DNA of 63,893 nucleotides, the filler included, from Chrysochromulina tobinii (taxonomy: Eukaryota): NCBI GenBank assembly GCA_001275005.1. It is 6 parts of 6 records of this genome, joined end to end, with 100 filler letters (N's around TTAATTAATTAA, not from the genome) between each part and the next. Parts side by side here need not be neighbours in the genome. Positions count along the whole stretch, not along the records: positions 16,180 to 25,102 come from JWZX01000241.1; positions 25,203 to 51,480 come from JWZX01000242.1; 4 more parts are not named here. The stretch is one strand, 5' to 3'. The number at the start of each line of letters is the position of its first letter. Within the stretch, counting starts at the first letter, position 1. The notes beneath the pieces were generated by a model that had not been told where the DNA came from, searched no databases, and worked only from the letters and a program-made list of their open reading frames with translations. Positions 17,281 through 26,600 of the stretch are shown in pieces. The position numbers were made by a program, and so were the translations under genes.

Positions 17281-18828
17281 ATGCTCGAACGCATCGACAT
17301 ATTTAATGTGTGTAACTTGTATTCATGGCTGCAATACGATTCACACACGACTCCGCGCCCAAGCCTTTTTGAATCGCATATGCCATTCGACTTGGACGCA
17401 TGGAGAGAAGATGCGGTGGCAACGTTCGCTGAATCTTTGCGGGCGCATCGCAAACTGGTCATTGCAGGTGCGGCTGCTCAACCACCCCGCACGTCTGCCA
17501 GGCAAGATCTCAGTGCATACTCATGGCACGAACTGCGCAGCATGGCCCGAAGAGCGGGCGCTGAAGAAGCAGCACGTCGTCGTACGCGTGCCGCTGCGCT
17601 TGCTGATGCCATCTGGGCCCCTTTGGCTCGTGTTCAGCTGCGCGCGTGGCGTAACGCCAACTCAAACAACTATACCGCATTGCAGCAACGTCGAACAAAG
17701 TGCGTGAAAACTGCACTTCGCCTCTGGCGCGATTTCTACGATGCCGCACTCACAGCAGTGATCGCCCGATTCCTACATAAGTGGTGGCTCAGCAGCCGCT
17801 CTGCAGTTCGGTGCAATCGTATTGAAGAAGAGGCGGCTCGGGCATCACGCTGCAGACAGCTCCGCCGGGTTATCTCGCGAGTTGGCACCCTCATCCACGT
17901 CAGCAAGCTGGAGCAGCGTGAGGTGCGAGCGCGGCGACTGGCGCACACCGTCGCAATGCTTCGGCTGTGGCGGCGAGTTGCGCTTGCCCGTGCAAGTATC
18001 ATACGTCAGGGAATGGGTAGGAGAGCTCTGCGCGCCTTCCGCTCCTGTGCATCTGTGGCCCAGCAGCGCCGACGGGAAGCTTGCGCTCCACATGGCGCTC
18101 AATTGTACCTCGCGCTGCGCGGATGGCGGCGCATGCTGGAGGTGCAGCGGTGCCTCACAGCGTCCCTCACAGCGTGGCGCATACGAGCCATTGTGTCGCA
18201 CAGGCGACGCAAACTGGATCAGACGCTGCACCACCTCGGCACCTACACGGCAGCGCGCAGCGCTACGCAAGGTGTTCTTGCACGGCTGCTCCTCCATGCA
18301 TGGCGCCGCCAGGAGCGCGCCAAGCAGAGGATGCATGCAGTCCTGTTTGCCACCGAGCGCGCCCTTCGGCTCGCCATACGAGGCTGGCGCGTTGAGGCCC
18401 TTGCATCGAAGCTCGAACTTCAAGTCCACGTGCCCACGAGTCTCACGCGTCTGCCTCCGATGGGTAGGGGAGGGGCCCAAGGGGCCGGGAACGCCGAGAT
18501 GGGCACGAGAGCCCTCGCACGGTGGCGAGGGGCCCCCGCCAAGGCTGTCGAGGAGCACGAGGGTCACGAGAAGGAGCAGCGTGGGCAGCGATCAACCCCA
18601 CCCTCTCGTAAGCTGAGCACGCCGCGGAGCCTCGGCAACTTCAAGCTGAGGCGCGAGATTCTGCAAGCTTCCTCGCCGATCGTGCCGCTGCAGTCACAGG
18701 CGCTCTCACCTGCTGTATCCATGAGCACTGGTGCCGCACTCGTCAGGCCGTCATCGCACCTTGCAGTGGACCCGACATCACTTTCATACCTGCAATTGGA
18801 ACCACTGCACAGGGCGACTCTGACTTGA
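17281..18828 (+). CDS. Hypothetical Arg/Trp-rich helical protein (possible Sfi1-like repeats)
   Basis: 515-aa ORF with periodic L..WR motifs (LRAWR, LRLWR, LRGWR, LTAWR, LHAWR, IRGWR); codon bias is weak. Confidence 0.45.
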   Translation: MLERIDIFNVCNLYSWLQYDSHTTPRPSLFESHMPFDLDAWREDAVATFAESLRAHRKLVIAGAAAQPPRTSARQDLSAYSWHELRSMARRAGAEEAARRRTRAAALADAIWAPLARVQLRAWRNANSNNYTALQQRRTKCVKTALRLWRDFYDAALTAVIARFLHKWWLSSRSAVRCNRIEEEAARASRCRQLRRVISRVGTLIHVSKLEQREVRARRLAHTVAMLRLWRRVALARASIIRQGMGRRALRAFRSCASVAQQRRREACAPHGAQLYLALRGWRRMLEVQRCLTASLTAWRIRAIVSHRRRKLDQTLHHLGTYTAARSATQGVLARLLLHAWRRQERAKQRMHAVLFATERALRLAIRGWRVEALASKLELQVHVPTSLTRLPPMGRGGAQGAGNAEMGTRALARWRGAPAKAVEEHEGHEKEQRGQRSTPPSRKLSTPRSLGNFKLRREILQASSPIVPLQSQALSPAVSMSTGAALVRPSSHLAVDPTSLSYLQLEPLHRATLT

Positions 18829-18845
18829 CTTGACTTGACTTGACT
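18821..18845. repeat. (TGACT)5 microsatellite
   Basis: tgacttgacttgacttgacttgact overlapping the stop of ORF 17281..18828. Confidence 0.9.
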
Positions 18846-19504
18846 CCGACATCCAACGCACGAGGTGGCCAGGCGACGGGGTGAGAGCTCACGATGGCGA
18901 AATGCGACGGGGTGAGAGCTCTAGAATCCGCCAAACCCACAACCTCTTACGGCTCTGAAATGGACCGTGAAGCGTGCGTCGGTACAGAGGTGTGTCTCTT
19001 TCTTGCTCGAGTCGGCTGTCTCCGAGCAGTGAAATTGTGGCGGGCTGACTGGCGGGCGCGAGTCCGACTCCGAGCAGAGTGGTGCGTTGCACTCATGCAG
19101 TCGGGTTGACGCGTCGAACTTTGATTTGACCATGTGTTTACAGCCGAGCAATTTGACAGTACAGAGTCGCAGCTGTGGCAGCTCTGTAGGCCGTGTGTAA
19201 CTGTGTATCGAGCCGTCCGCACCGGGGCCCCCGCGCCCCGCGGGCGCCACCGAGCACCGTTAGAGCACCGTGCACCGACGATTAATTACACGGGTGCGTT
19301 GTTCCATTGTAAGTTTGCGAACCCCGCGTCGGTCACACGTATCACACGCCGGTCGGAAGCCTTGTTATCTATACGCTATACGGTATGCTCGCTATGGACC
19401 CGACGGGTAGATCGCTAAGCGTGAGACGCTGAGACGGGAGCGGAGTGCTTTTCCGCTCCCCTATCCGTCACACTCCGATCTCCGTGACTCGTCCGACTCA
19501 CGCG

Positions 19505-22500
19505 TCACAGCAATGATACGCTGGACTCCATGAACTCCACGTACTCCGCCTCGATGGCGTGTTTGGACACAAAGTCCCACCCGTTGATGACGATCGAATC
19601 GTGCTGTGTGCTGGGCGCCGACTGGACCTTGCTCTCGCTGTCGGCCATGCGCACAGCCACGTCGACGGCCGCGCGCTGCTTCTTCCTGAGCTTGTGCTCA
19701 GCCTCCTTCATGCGCGAGCGGTCTTCGACGTACGAACGGAGAGGCGAGGGCAGGCGAGCCTGGTCGACAAGCTCCCACTCCGGGTTGCGCCAGTACTTGT
19801 GCGCCTTGACCATGGCAAACGCGGCCGGCGTGTTGGCATGCTTGCCACCGCCGAGCCGCTTCTCGACCTTCCACTCGGTGAGTTGCCGAATTAGGTCGTG
19901 CAGCTGCTCGTCCCGCCTGCCCTCCTCGTTCAGCAGATAGGGCTTGCGCCACTCGACCTTATGGTCGATGAAGCGCGGCTCGTCGCCGTAGGGCAGCTGC
20001 TGCTCGGTCATTTCGTAGAGCAGTACGCCGAGCGTGTACCAATCGGCCGGCCCCGAGTACTTCGGGGCGCCCTTGCGTCTCCCATGCCTCACCTCGGGCG
20101 CCATGTAGCACGGTGTGCCGCACAATTCTGCCGAGAAGGGCATGCTGCCCGTGCCCCCGACCGCGAGCCCAAAGTCGATGAGGCGCACGTGGCCAGCCGC
20201 GTCGAGCAGCAGGTTCTCGGGCTTCAAGTCGCGATACAGGATGAAGAGGGAGTGCAGGTAGCCGAGCATGCAAGTCACCTCGAGGCCAACGAAGCGCACC
20301 TGACTTGGGGTGAGCCGCTCGTCGGTGAGCGCAAAGACGGAGAGGTCGCCGCCCGGGCACGCGTCCATAACGAGCACAACGTACGCCGCGTTCTGGAAGG
20401 AGTAGGCGAGGTTGACCACGAGCGCGTGGTGCATCTTGGCATGCAGCTGCTTCTCGAGCAGCACGATCTCGCGCCAATCTGCGCCTTGGCCAAAGCCGCC
20501 CTTGAGCTCCGACTTCTTCATCACTTTCATCGCGTACACTTTGCCGCAGTCGCGCTTGACTACCTCGAGCACCTGCCCGAAGCCGCCCTCGCCCAGGATC
20601 TTGATCGCCTTGAACTGCTCCATGGACGGCACCACCAAAGTCTTCTGCAGCAGCGAGAGCACGTAGTTGTACTGTGACGAGGCGAGGAAGCCGGCGAGGC
20701 AGGCGGCCTCGAGGGCCCCCGTGACCGCCTGCTGCACGGGGTCGAAGATCGTGCGCAGCTTGGCGGGCGCCATGGCGGGCGCATCGGCGGCCACGTGAGC
20801 CTCGAGCTCGTTGATTGAGCTTGCCATCAGGCAACCGATGGCCCGGGGGGCGTCAGGCGCCAAGAATTTGGCAAAGGTCTGTCGTACAAGTGCGAGCACA
20901 AGCTGCGGGTCGGGCTCAGCCCTGATGGCGCGCAGCTCTGTGACGAACTCGAGCTGATGCATCGGCACGCCACCCAGCGTGAAGGCGAGCACCTTGGGGA
21001 GCGGTGCCAGCTCCGCCGCGCTCGTATCCTTGGAGACTGCGCGCGGCATCGCGACCATCGAGAGGCGTGAGGCGAAGCCAAACAGGCTGCCAAGCACTCC
21101 CCTCTCGTCGCTCCGGTTGGCCGGCGGTGAAGGCGCACGCGCCCCATCTGCCGGCGCCTCCTCCGCCCGCGCGGCCGCTTCAGGCTTGAAGATGCTGATG
21201 GGCGCCGAGGCGGGCGCCGTGGGCGGTGGCGCCTGCTGGTCCAGCGAGCGCACGTAACGCGTGAAAATGGTGAGGTACGCGGGGTTGGACAGGATGTGGC
21301 GCATATCAATGGGCGCCCTCTCGGGCAGAACGACCTCCTTGTAGTCCGAGGCAAAGTCGCGGTTCAGTCGCGAAAGGCGTTTCGCCTGGTCGACGGCGAG
21401 CAGGCAGAAAAACTTGCCCATGAGCTCATCGTTCCCTTCAAAGAGCGTCTGCAAGTAATCGGCGCGCAGGCGCAGCAGAACCGCCTCGTCGCTGTCGACC
21501 ACCACGCTCGCGGCCGCGGTGCCACCGAGTAGCAACGAGCGTTCCCCAAAGACTTCTCCCGCAGTGCGGTGGCCGACGCAAACTGACTGCGCCCGCCCCT
21601 TCAATTGTAGCTCCACTCGGCAACTACCATCCACCACTTGATAGAGGGCGCGTTGATCGTCGCCCTCCTTGATGACCAAGTGCCCGCGCTTGAGCCGCAG
21701 CGAGTCCGCGCCGCGCAGGAAGAGGCGCCACTGCTCCTGCGTGAGCTTCGCGAGCTCTGAGTGAACCGCGAGGTTGGCTGCGCCACCCGCCACGCCGCCG
21801 CCAACATGGGCGCCTACCGCATTGGCACTGTCGCTGCCCTTCATCATGACCAGCACGGCGTTGTCGACGACGCCAGAGCCGCGCATGTCGGCAGTGACCA
21901 CTTCCGGCGCGCACTCCTCCTGTTCGGCCTTCTGGATCTTGGAGAGCTCGGACATGTCCATCGCTTGGACACGTGCGCTCTCAATAGAGCGACTCACGTG
22001 GTCGCGGATGGAGGCCGAGACGACGAGACTGAGTGACAAGGACTTGCACTCAATGTCGATAACGCCCTGCCACTTGCTCGGAACGGGGCTGCTGCTGCCA
22101 CTGCCTCTGCCCTCAACGAACGCCGCGTCCGGTAGCCGCACGGACAACACGTCCGCGAGGGCGATCACGCGATGGCTACTGAAGCCGAAGAGGGCGAAGT
22201 CGAAACATGCGTGCGTCTTGAAAAGGTACAGCTTACCAGAATGGCTTTGACCGTCGACCACAGAGTTCTCCTCGATTGAGACGGCACAGTCGCAGTGCAG
22301 CACCAGCTCAAGGTTCGCGGGCAGCCCGAAGCCTATCGCCACCTCTCTCGACGGCCGGTCGAGGCTCTCCGGAAGGATTGCGAGCGCCGCGTCCGAACGG
22401 CCGCCACCGCCCCATCGCGGCTGCGGCGCCGCTGATTGGAAGAGCGAGTTGCGCATGCCGGCAGATATCTCCGAGATGCGTTCGGCGAGCATGCCACCGA

Positions 22501-22885
22501 GCAGCCGAAAGAAGCCGCCAGCGAGCTGCGGGTTGCTCGATAGCATCTGCATGAGCTCGTATTGGGGTACGTCAATGACGGTCACGGTGTCGCTGGACGC
22601 CTCAAGCGTGACCGTCGCCGTCTGCCCAAGAAGAAATGAAAGCTCACCGAGAAGCGAGCCCTTGCCGCGCGTGCCGATCGACTTATACGCTCCTCTGCGC
22701 TCGCGCATCATGATGACAATCTCTCCCTCGACGATGAGGAAGACGCTGCTGACATTCTGGCCATCGACGATGAGCCGATCGCCGCGCTGGAGAGTTCGCT
22801 GCTTTCCGGCTCTGAGAAAAAAGTGCATGATCTTCTCGGCGCTGGAGCCCTTCGAGAGCAGCGATACCGATTGGTTCGCGCCCAT
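19505..22885 (-). CDS. cNMP-binding x2 / GRAM / RGS / GRK-like AGC Ser/Thr kinase
   Basis: MGANQS N-myristoylation-like start; two CNB folds (GELSFL, GERSLL) flanking a GRAM/PH-like segment (HSGKLYLFKTHACF); RGS helices (ILSNPAYLTIF...KFL..DAP...IFD...FLAS); kinase motifs GEGGFG, YAMK, VNLAYSFQ, YRDLKPEN, DFG, GTPCYMAPE. Confidence 0.9.
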   Translation of the reverse strand: MGANQSVSLLSKGSSAEKIMHFFLRAGKQRTLQRGDRLIVDGQNVSSVFLIVEGEIVIMMRERRGAYKSIGTRGKGSLLGELSFLLGQTATVTLEASSDTVTVIDVPQYELMQMLSSNPQLAGGFFRLLGGMLAERISEISAGMRNSLFQSAAPQPRWGGGGRSDAALAILPESLDRPSREVAIGFGLPANLELVLHCDCAVSIEENSVVDGQSHSGKLYLFKTHACFDFALFGFSSHRVIALADVLSVRLPDAAFVEGRGSGSSSPVPSKWQGVIDIECKSLSLSLVVSASIRDHVSRSIESARVQAMDMSELSKIQKAEQEECAPEVVTADMRGSGVVDNAVLVMMKGSDSANAVGAHVGGGVAGGAANLAVHSELAKLTQEQWRLFLRGADSLRLKRGHLVIKEGDDQRALYQVVDGSCRVELQLKGRAQSVCVGHRTAGEVFGERSLLLGGTAAASVVVDSDEAVLLRLRADYLQTLFEGNDELMGKFFCLLAVDQAKRLSRLNRDFASDYKEVVLPERAPIDMRHILSNPAYLTIFTRYVRSLDQQAPPPTAPASAPISIFKPEAAARAEEAPADGARAPSPPANRSDERGVLGSLFGFASRLSMVAMPRAVSKDTSAAELAPLPKVLAFTLGGVPMHQLEFVTELRAIRAEPDPQLVLALVRQTFAKFLAPDAPRAIGCLMASSINELEAHVAADAPAMAPAKLRTIFDPVQQAVTGALEAACLAGFLASSQYNYVLSLLQKTLVVPSMEQFKAIKILGEGGFGQVLEVVKRDCGKVYAMKVMKKSELKGGFGQGADWREIVLLEKQLHAKMHHALVVNLAYSFQNAAYVVLVMDACPGGDLSVFALTDERLTPSQVRFVGLEVTCMLGYLHSLFILYRDLKPENLLLDAAGHVRLIDFGLAVGGTGSMPFSAELCGTPCYMAPEVRHGRRKGAPKYSGPADWYTLGVLLYEMTEQQLPYGDEPRFIDHKVEWRKPYLLNEEGRRDEQLHDLIRQLTEWKVEKRLGGGKHANTPAAFAMVKAHKYWRNPEWELVDQARLPSPLRSYVEDRSRMKEAEHKLRKKQRAAVDVAVRMADSESKVQSAPSTQHDSIVINGWDFVSKHAIEAEYVEFMESSVSLL

Positions 22886-23141
22886 GGCCGACTGTCTCCC
22901 TGCTGGAGGCACACCGTCGCCGGCCGGCGACCCTTCCCTATTGGTTTTGGTGCGAGGCTCCAGCAAAAGTCAGGACAAGTCAAGTTGTTGCTGCTCGGCA
23001 GTCGTGCGTGTTTACACGTAAGTTCCTGACAAAGTTGTTTCAAAGTACTTTTCGATCCCGAGAGATGGCGCGACAGGGTTTTTTTACGTCGCTAGTGAAT
23101 CACCACGCGGCCGCGACGCCTTTGGGCGCTTTGCCGAGGAG

Positions 23142-24449
23142 ATGTCGAGTGCTTCGACGTCACGATTGATGGGCGAGCTGCGCGACCTATCTCAGCAGAC
23201 GTTGCCGATAGTCTTCGCGCTGCCCGAGGAGTCGAATATCCACCACTGGCACGCACTCATCCTGGGCCCGCCATGCACGCCGTACTCGTTCGGCATGTTC
23301 CACTTTGACCTGCGCTTCCCGTCTGACTACCCCAACTCCCCGCCCAAGGTCAGCATTCTGACTACCTCCGGTGGGCAGGTTCGCTTCAACCCGAACTTAT
23401 ACGCCACGGGCAAGGTGTGCCTCTCCATCCTGGGGACGTGGCGGGCAGAGCACTCCGGTGAGCAGTGGTCTGCGGCACAGAGTGTGCAGTCCGTGCTGCT
23501 ATCCATCCAGAGTCTCATGCACGACGCGCCGTACCACAACGAGCCCGGCTTCGAAGAGGACGACGGCTCAGGCGACGTGCAACGGTACAATGAGAAGATC
23601 ATGCACGAGACGCTGCGCGTGGGCGTGTGCGAGGTGATGGAGGACACGCTCGAGCAGCGCGCCGTCTCGAGCAACGGTGCGCATCCGGCCTTCGCCAACG
23701 TGCGCAGATGCTTCTTCTGCATGTACTGCGAACGGCACATGGCGGAGGTGGAGCGGATGAGCGAGCGCAAGGATCTCAAGGACGGGTCGGCCTTCAAGAT
23801 GATGCCATTCGAGTGTCCGTCCAATGGCATGCACGGCGCGTACCAGTGGGCGAAGACGCGCGCGCGCCTGGAGGCGATTCGCGCGGCGCTGCTCGCGGAG
23901 ATAGAGAGCTGGCGCGAGACGGGCGCCGAGCAGACGCTGATGCTCAAGGAGAAGCACGATGCGTCGGTGTCGAGCTGTGTGCACCACCTGCAGCAGCAGG
24001 AGGAGCGCCTCAGGCTCGAGCCACTGCAGGGCGCATCGGCGGGGCCGTCGTGCGCAAACGCGTGCGTGTGGGAGGCGAGCATCTTCGGCCCATCCGATTC
24101 GGATTGGGACGGCGGCATGTTCTCGGTCGAGATCGTCTTCCCTCCTGACTTTCCGGAGTCGCCTCCCTTCGTCACCTTCCTTACACCCATGTTCCATCCG
24201 CAGATCTCACCCGCGGGCGTGCCGTATCTGCGCTCAGTGCTCATGTGGCACTGCTGTGAGCCCAAGGACCGCACAGTCCGCTCGCTCGTCAGCCAGCTCA
24301 TCCAGCTTCTTGCGGCGGACCCCTCGCCTGAGCCCGCCACGCATCTCAACCTCGAAGCGGCCGGCCTCCGCTTCTCGCGCATCGCGGACGAGCAAAAGGA
24401 GTACAAGCGCCGTGTCAAGCGGTGCGTACAGCGCTCCATGGACGGCTGA
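23142..24449 (+). CDS. Tandem ubiquitin-conjugating domain protein (UBE2Z-like active E2 + C-terminal UEV-like domain)
   Basis: Domain 1: GPPCTPY..G.F.F...FP.DYP..PP, RFNPNLYATGKVCLSILGTW (catalytic Cys), PYHNEPGFE. Domain 2: W.A.IFGP....W.GG.F....FP..FP..PP.V.F.TPMFHPQIS with no Cys at the active-site position. Confidence 0.9.
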   Translation: MSSASTSRLMGELRDLSQQTLPIVFALPEESNIHHWHALILGPPCTPYSFGMFHFDLRFPSDYPNSPPKVSILTTSGGQVRFNPNLYATGKVCLSILGTWRAEHSGEQWSAAQSVQSVLLSIQSLMHDAPYHNEPGFEEDDGSGDVQRYNEKIMHETLRVGVCEVMEDTLEQRAVSSNGAHPAFANVRRCFFCMYCERHMAEVERMSERKDLKDGSAFKMMPFECPSNGMHGAYQWAKTRARLEAIRAALLAEIESWRETGAEQTLMLKEKHDASVSSCVHHLQQQEERLRLEPLQGASAGPSCANACVWEASIFGPSDSDWDGGMFSVEIVFPPDFPESPPFVTFLTPMFHPQISPAGVPYLRSVLMWHCCEPKDRTVRSLVSQLIQLLAADPSPEPATHLNLEAAGLRFSRIADEQKEYKRRVKRCVQRSMDG

Positions 24450-24882
24450 GTGGCGCAGCCTCGGCACTCGCGCACGGTGGCTGTCCTGCTGACGTGATTT
24501 CACGATAATCATGGCGCGCTCTCTACGCGGCCGGTCGGCGGTTGCTGTGAGCGTGAGTCGAACACCTCGAACTGGACTCTGTGGAGGGGCGGCGGTGACC
24601 GGTAGGTACAGCTGAGGTAGTAGCTATGTAGGTACTGCTATACGTACGAAAGCTTGCAGGCCAGCAATACGGCCTTGCAAATACCAAATACGCGGCCGTG
24701 CCGACGCCCGTGACGCGTGAGCGGCGTGTCAACTTCAAGTCGGAATTTCATTTCTTAAATTAATTTCTACTTGACTCAAGATTACCCCTAAAATTTACCG
24801 TTACACGCAACAAACACGCCTGAAACGCCTTTTCGGGGATTGTGGGAGTGTTTGTCCGGCCGAGAGGTGGCCCTGAAACGAA

Positions 24883-24904
24883 TTCAGTTCAGTTCAGTTC
24901 AGTT
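24883..24904. repeat. (TTCAG)4 microsatellite
   Basis: ttcagttcagttcagttcagtt in intergenic DNA. Confidence 0.85.
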
Positions 24905-25102
24905 ACTGCATAAACAACAGACAACCTAACGGAAGCCTATCGAATGTGCTCTCGAGGCTAGCAGTGGGGGTGAGAGTCGTCGGAGATGGTGAAACACAAC
25001 GGAAGGAGCACGAGCGGGAAGGAGACCAGGAGGAGACACGCCACAGGGTGCTAGCCTGCGTGCCCTCAGAGTACAGCTAGAGATCGAAGAGAATAGATAG
25101 AG

Positions 25103-25202
25103 NNNNNNNNNNNNNNNNNNNNNNNNNNNNNNNNNNNNNNNNNNNNTTAATTAATTAANNNNNNNNNNNNNNNNNNNNNNNNNNNNNNNNNNNNNNNNNN
25201 NN
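25103..25202. other. Artificial contig linker
   Basis: N-run with TTAATTAATTAA core. Confidence 0.98.
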
Positions 25203-25454
25203 CTAGGGTCACCGTCATTCACACGTCCGCACCTTCCCCAATCTCTATGAGAGGGGCCGCTACAGAGGCCTTTGCGTCCGGTACAGAGCGTGAACTGACA
25301 GGATCACCCCGGTTGGGTCCCGTGCTGCGATGACATCTTCGATCTTTGCGATCTGAACCTCGCCCGAGGGGTGCGGAGCCGTCCTTTGAGACAGGACGTG
25401 ATGATTTTATGACGGAACTGTTTGTCAATCTGTTCACACGACGCCGCGGGGGGC

Positions 25455-26237
25455 ATGCACGTGTTCGCCGCGCTCCTACTGCCCTCGATGGCGGCGGGCG
25501 CCACTTCCTGGGCGTCTCTGTACGCGCACGCCCGCGCCGGTCGCAAGTCGCGCGAGTGGTACGGGCGCGGCTCGCTGAGCAACACCGTGACTGGCCAGCA
25601 CATTGCAGATGTGAGCCTGCTTGAGCGATGCTCACGAGCTTTGCAGTCGTCGGACAAGGCTGGCTTTGTCAGCGAACGCGTTCTCGTGTACTGCGCTGCG
25701 GATGGTGCGCGGCTCTCCGAGTACAAAGGACGCAAGGTGCCTGTGCTGCGCTACGTGCACAACGTGTCCCTGCAATCGCACGATGGTGGGCTCATGCTCC
25801 GGGCCATTGGTGGCGATGGGCAGCCCATTGCGAGTGCGCACGGCGTGGGCCGCGGACCGATACGTATTGGGCTTCGGACTGGGTTCGAGCTCTCAGTACG
25901 CCCGGCCAAGCGCGACGCTGCAGCCGTAAAGCCTCCGCAGCCGAGGCCCATGTTGCCAGGCACGGCCCGCGCTTCTGTACCCAGCACCGGCGGGCCGACC
26001 CGCGAAGAGTACAAGCTCATCGAGCCCGTCTGCCCTGGCGGCAGTTGCACCCTTCATTACCGAAGGACGGGACGGTGCCCCTCCTGGTACGGCGGCGGGC
26101 TCTGCACGCTCGAGGTGAATGCACGTTCGACACCAGTATGGGCACGCTGGTGGCGACGTGTCCGCGCCGGCGACGCGAGTGACAGTGAGAAATCGCGTCG
26201 AGGAACTGCGGCCGACTCGGCGGCTTTGAGCCTCTGA
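25455..26237 (+). CDS. Hypothetical protein with signal-peptide-like N-terminus (possibly DUF1838-like)
   Basis: MHVFAALLLPSMAAG leader; W.G.G.L....TG, R...Y....G..L and Y.R.G.CP.W.G motifs recall DUF1838-type proteins (unverified). Confidence 0.5.
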   Translation: MHVFAALLLPSMAAGATSWASLYAHARAGRKSREWYGRGSLSNTVTGQHIADVSLLERCSRALQSSDKAGFVSERVLVYCAADGARLSEYKGRKVPVLRYVHNVSLQSHDGGLMLRAIGGDGQPIASAHGVGRGPIRIGLRTGFELSVRPAKRDAAAVKPPQPRPMLPGTARASVPSTGGPTREEYKLIEPVCPGGSCTLHYRRTGRCPSWYGGGLCTLEVNARSTPVWARWWRRVRAGDASDSEKSRRGTAADSAALSL

Positions 26238-26600
26238 CCTGCGAGCTTCGTAGGCGCACACACTGTCCCCAACTTTTTCGAAATCGTTCAACTGGTTAAA
26301 ACATCTCAACAGCCGAGAGAACTGAAAGTCGCGCGTCCACGACCGCCAGCCTCTCGCGCCCGCTTCGCTTTACGGCGGCGTCGCGCGGCACAATGAAAGC
26401 TGTTCACCTCTCCGCTCCTCCCGCCGTGCTCGACCGCAAAGGCGATTCCTCCACGTGGCCTCGCGAGGGAGCGCCATGGCGAGCGCCATGGCGAGTGCTG
26501 CTCTAGGCTGCTCCTCTGCCCACCGGCGTCTTCTGTTCATGAGGCGGGATCCGCTCGTACGCCCTCACGACGTGCTCAAGAGTCCGCCCTTACGAGGAGC

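Noticed and set aside
19436..19460. GC hairpin gggagcgga-N7-tccgctccc as a terminator or Helitron end
   Set aside because: The context is eukaryotic, there is no U-tract or CTRR end, and a 9-bp stem is expected by chance at this GC content.
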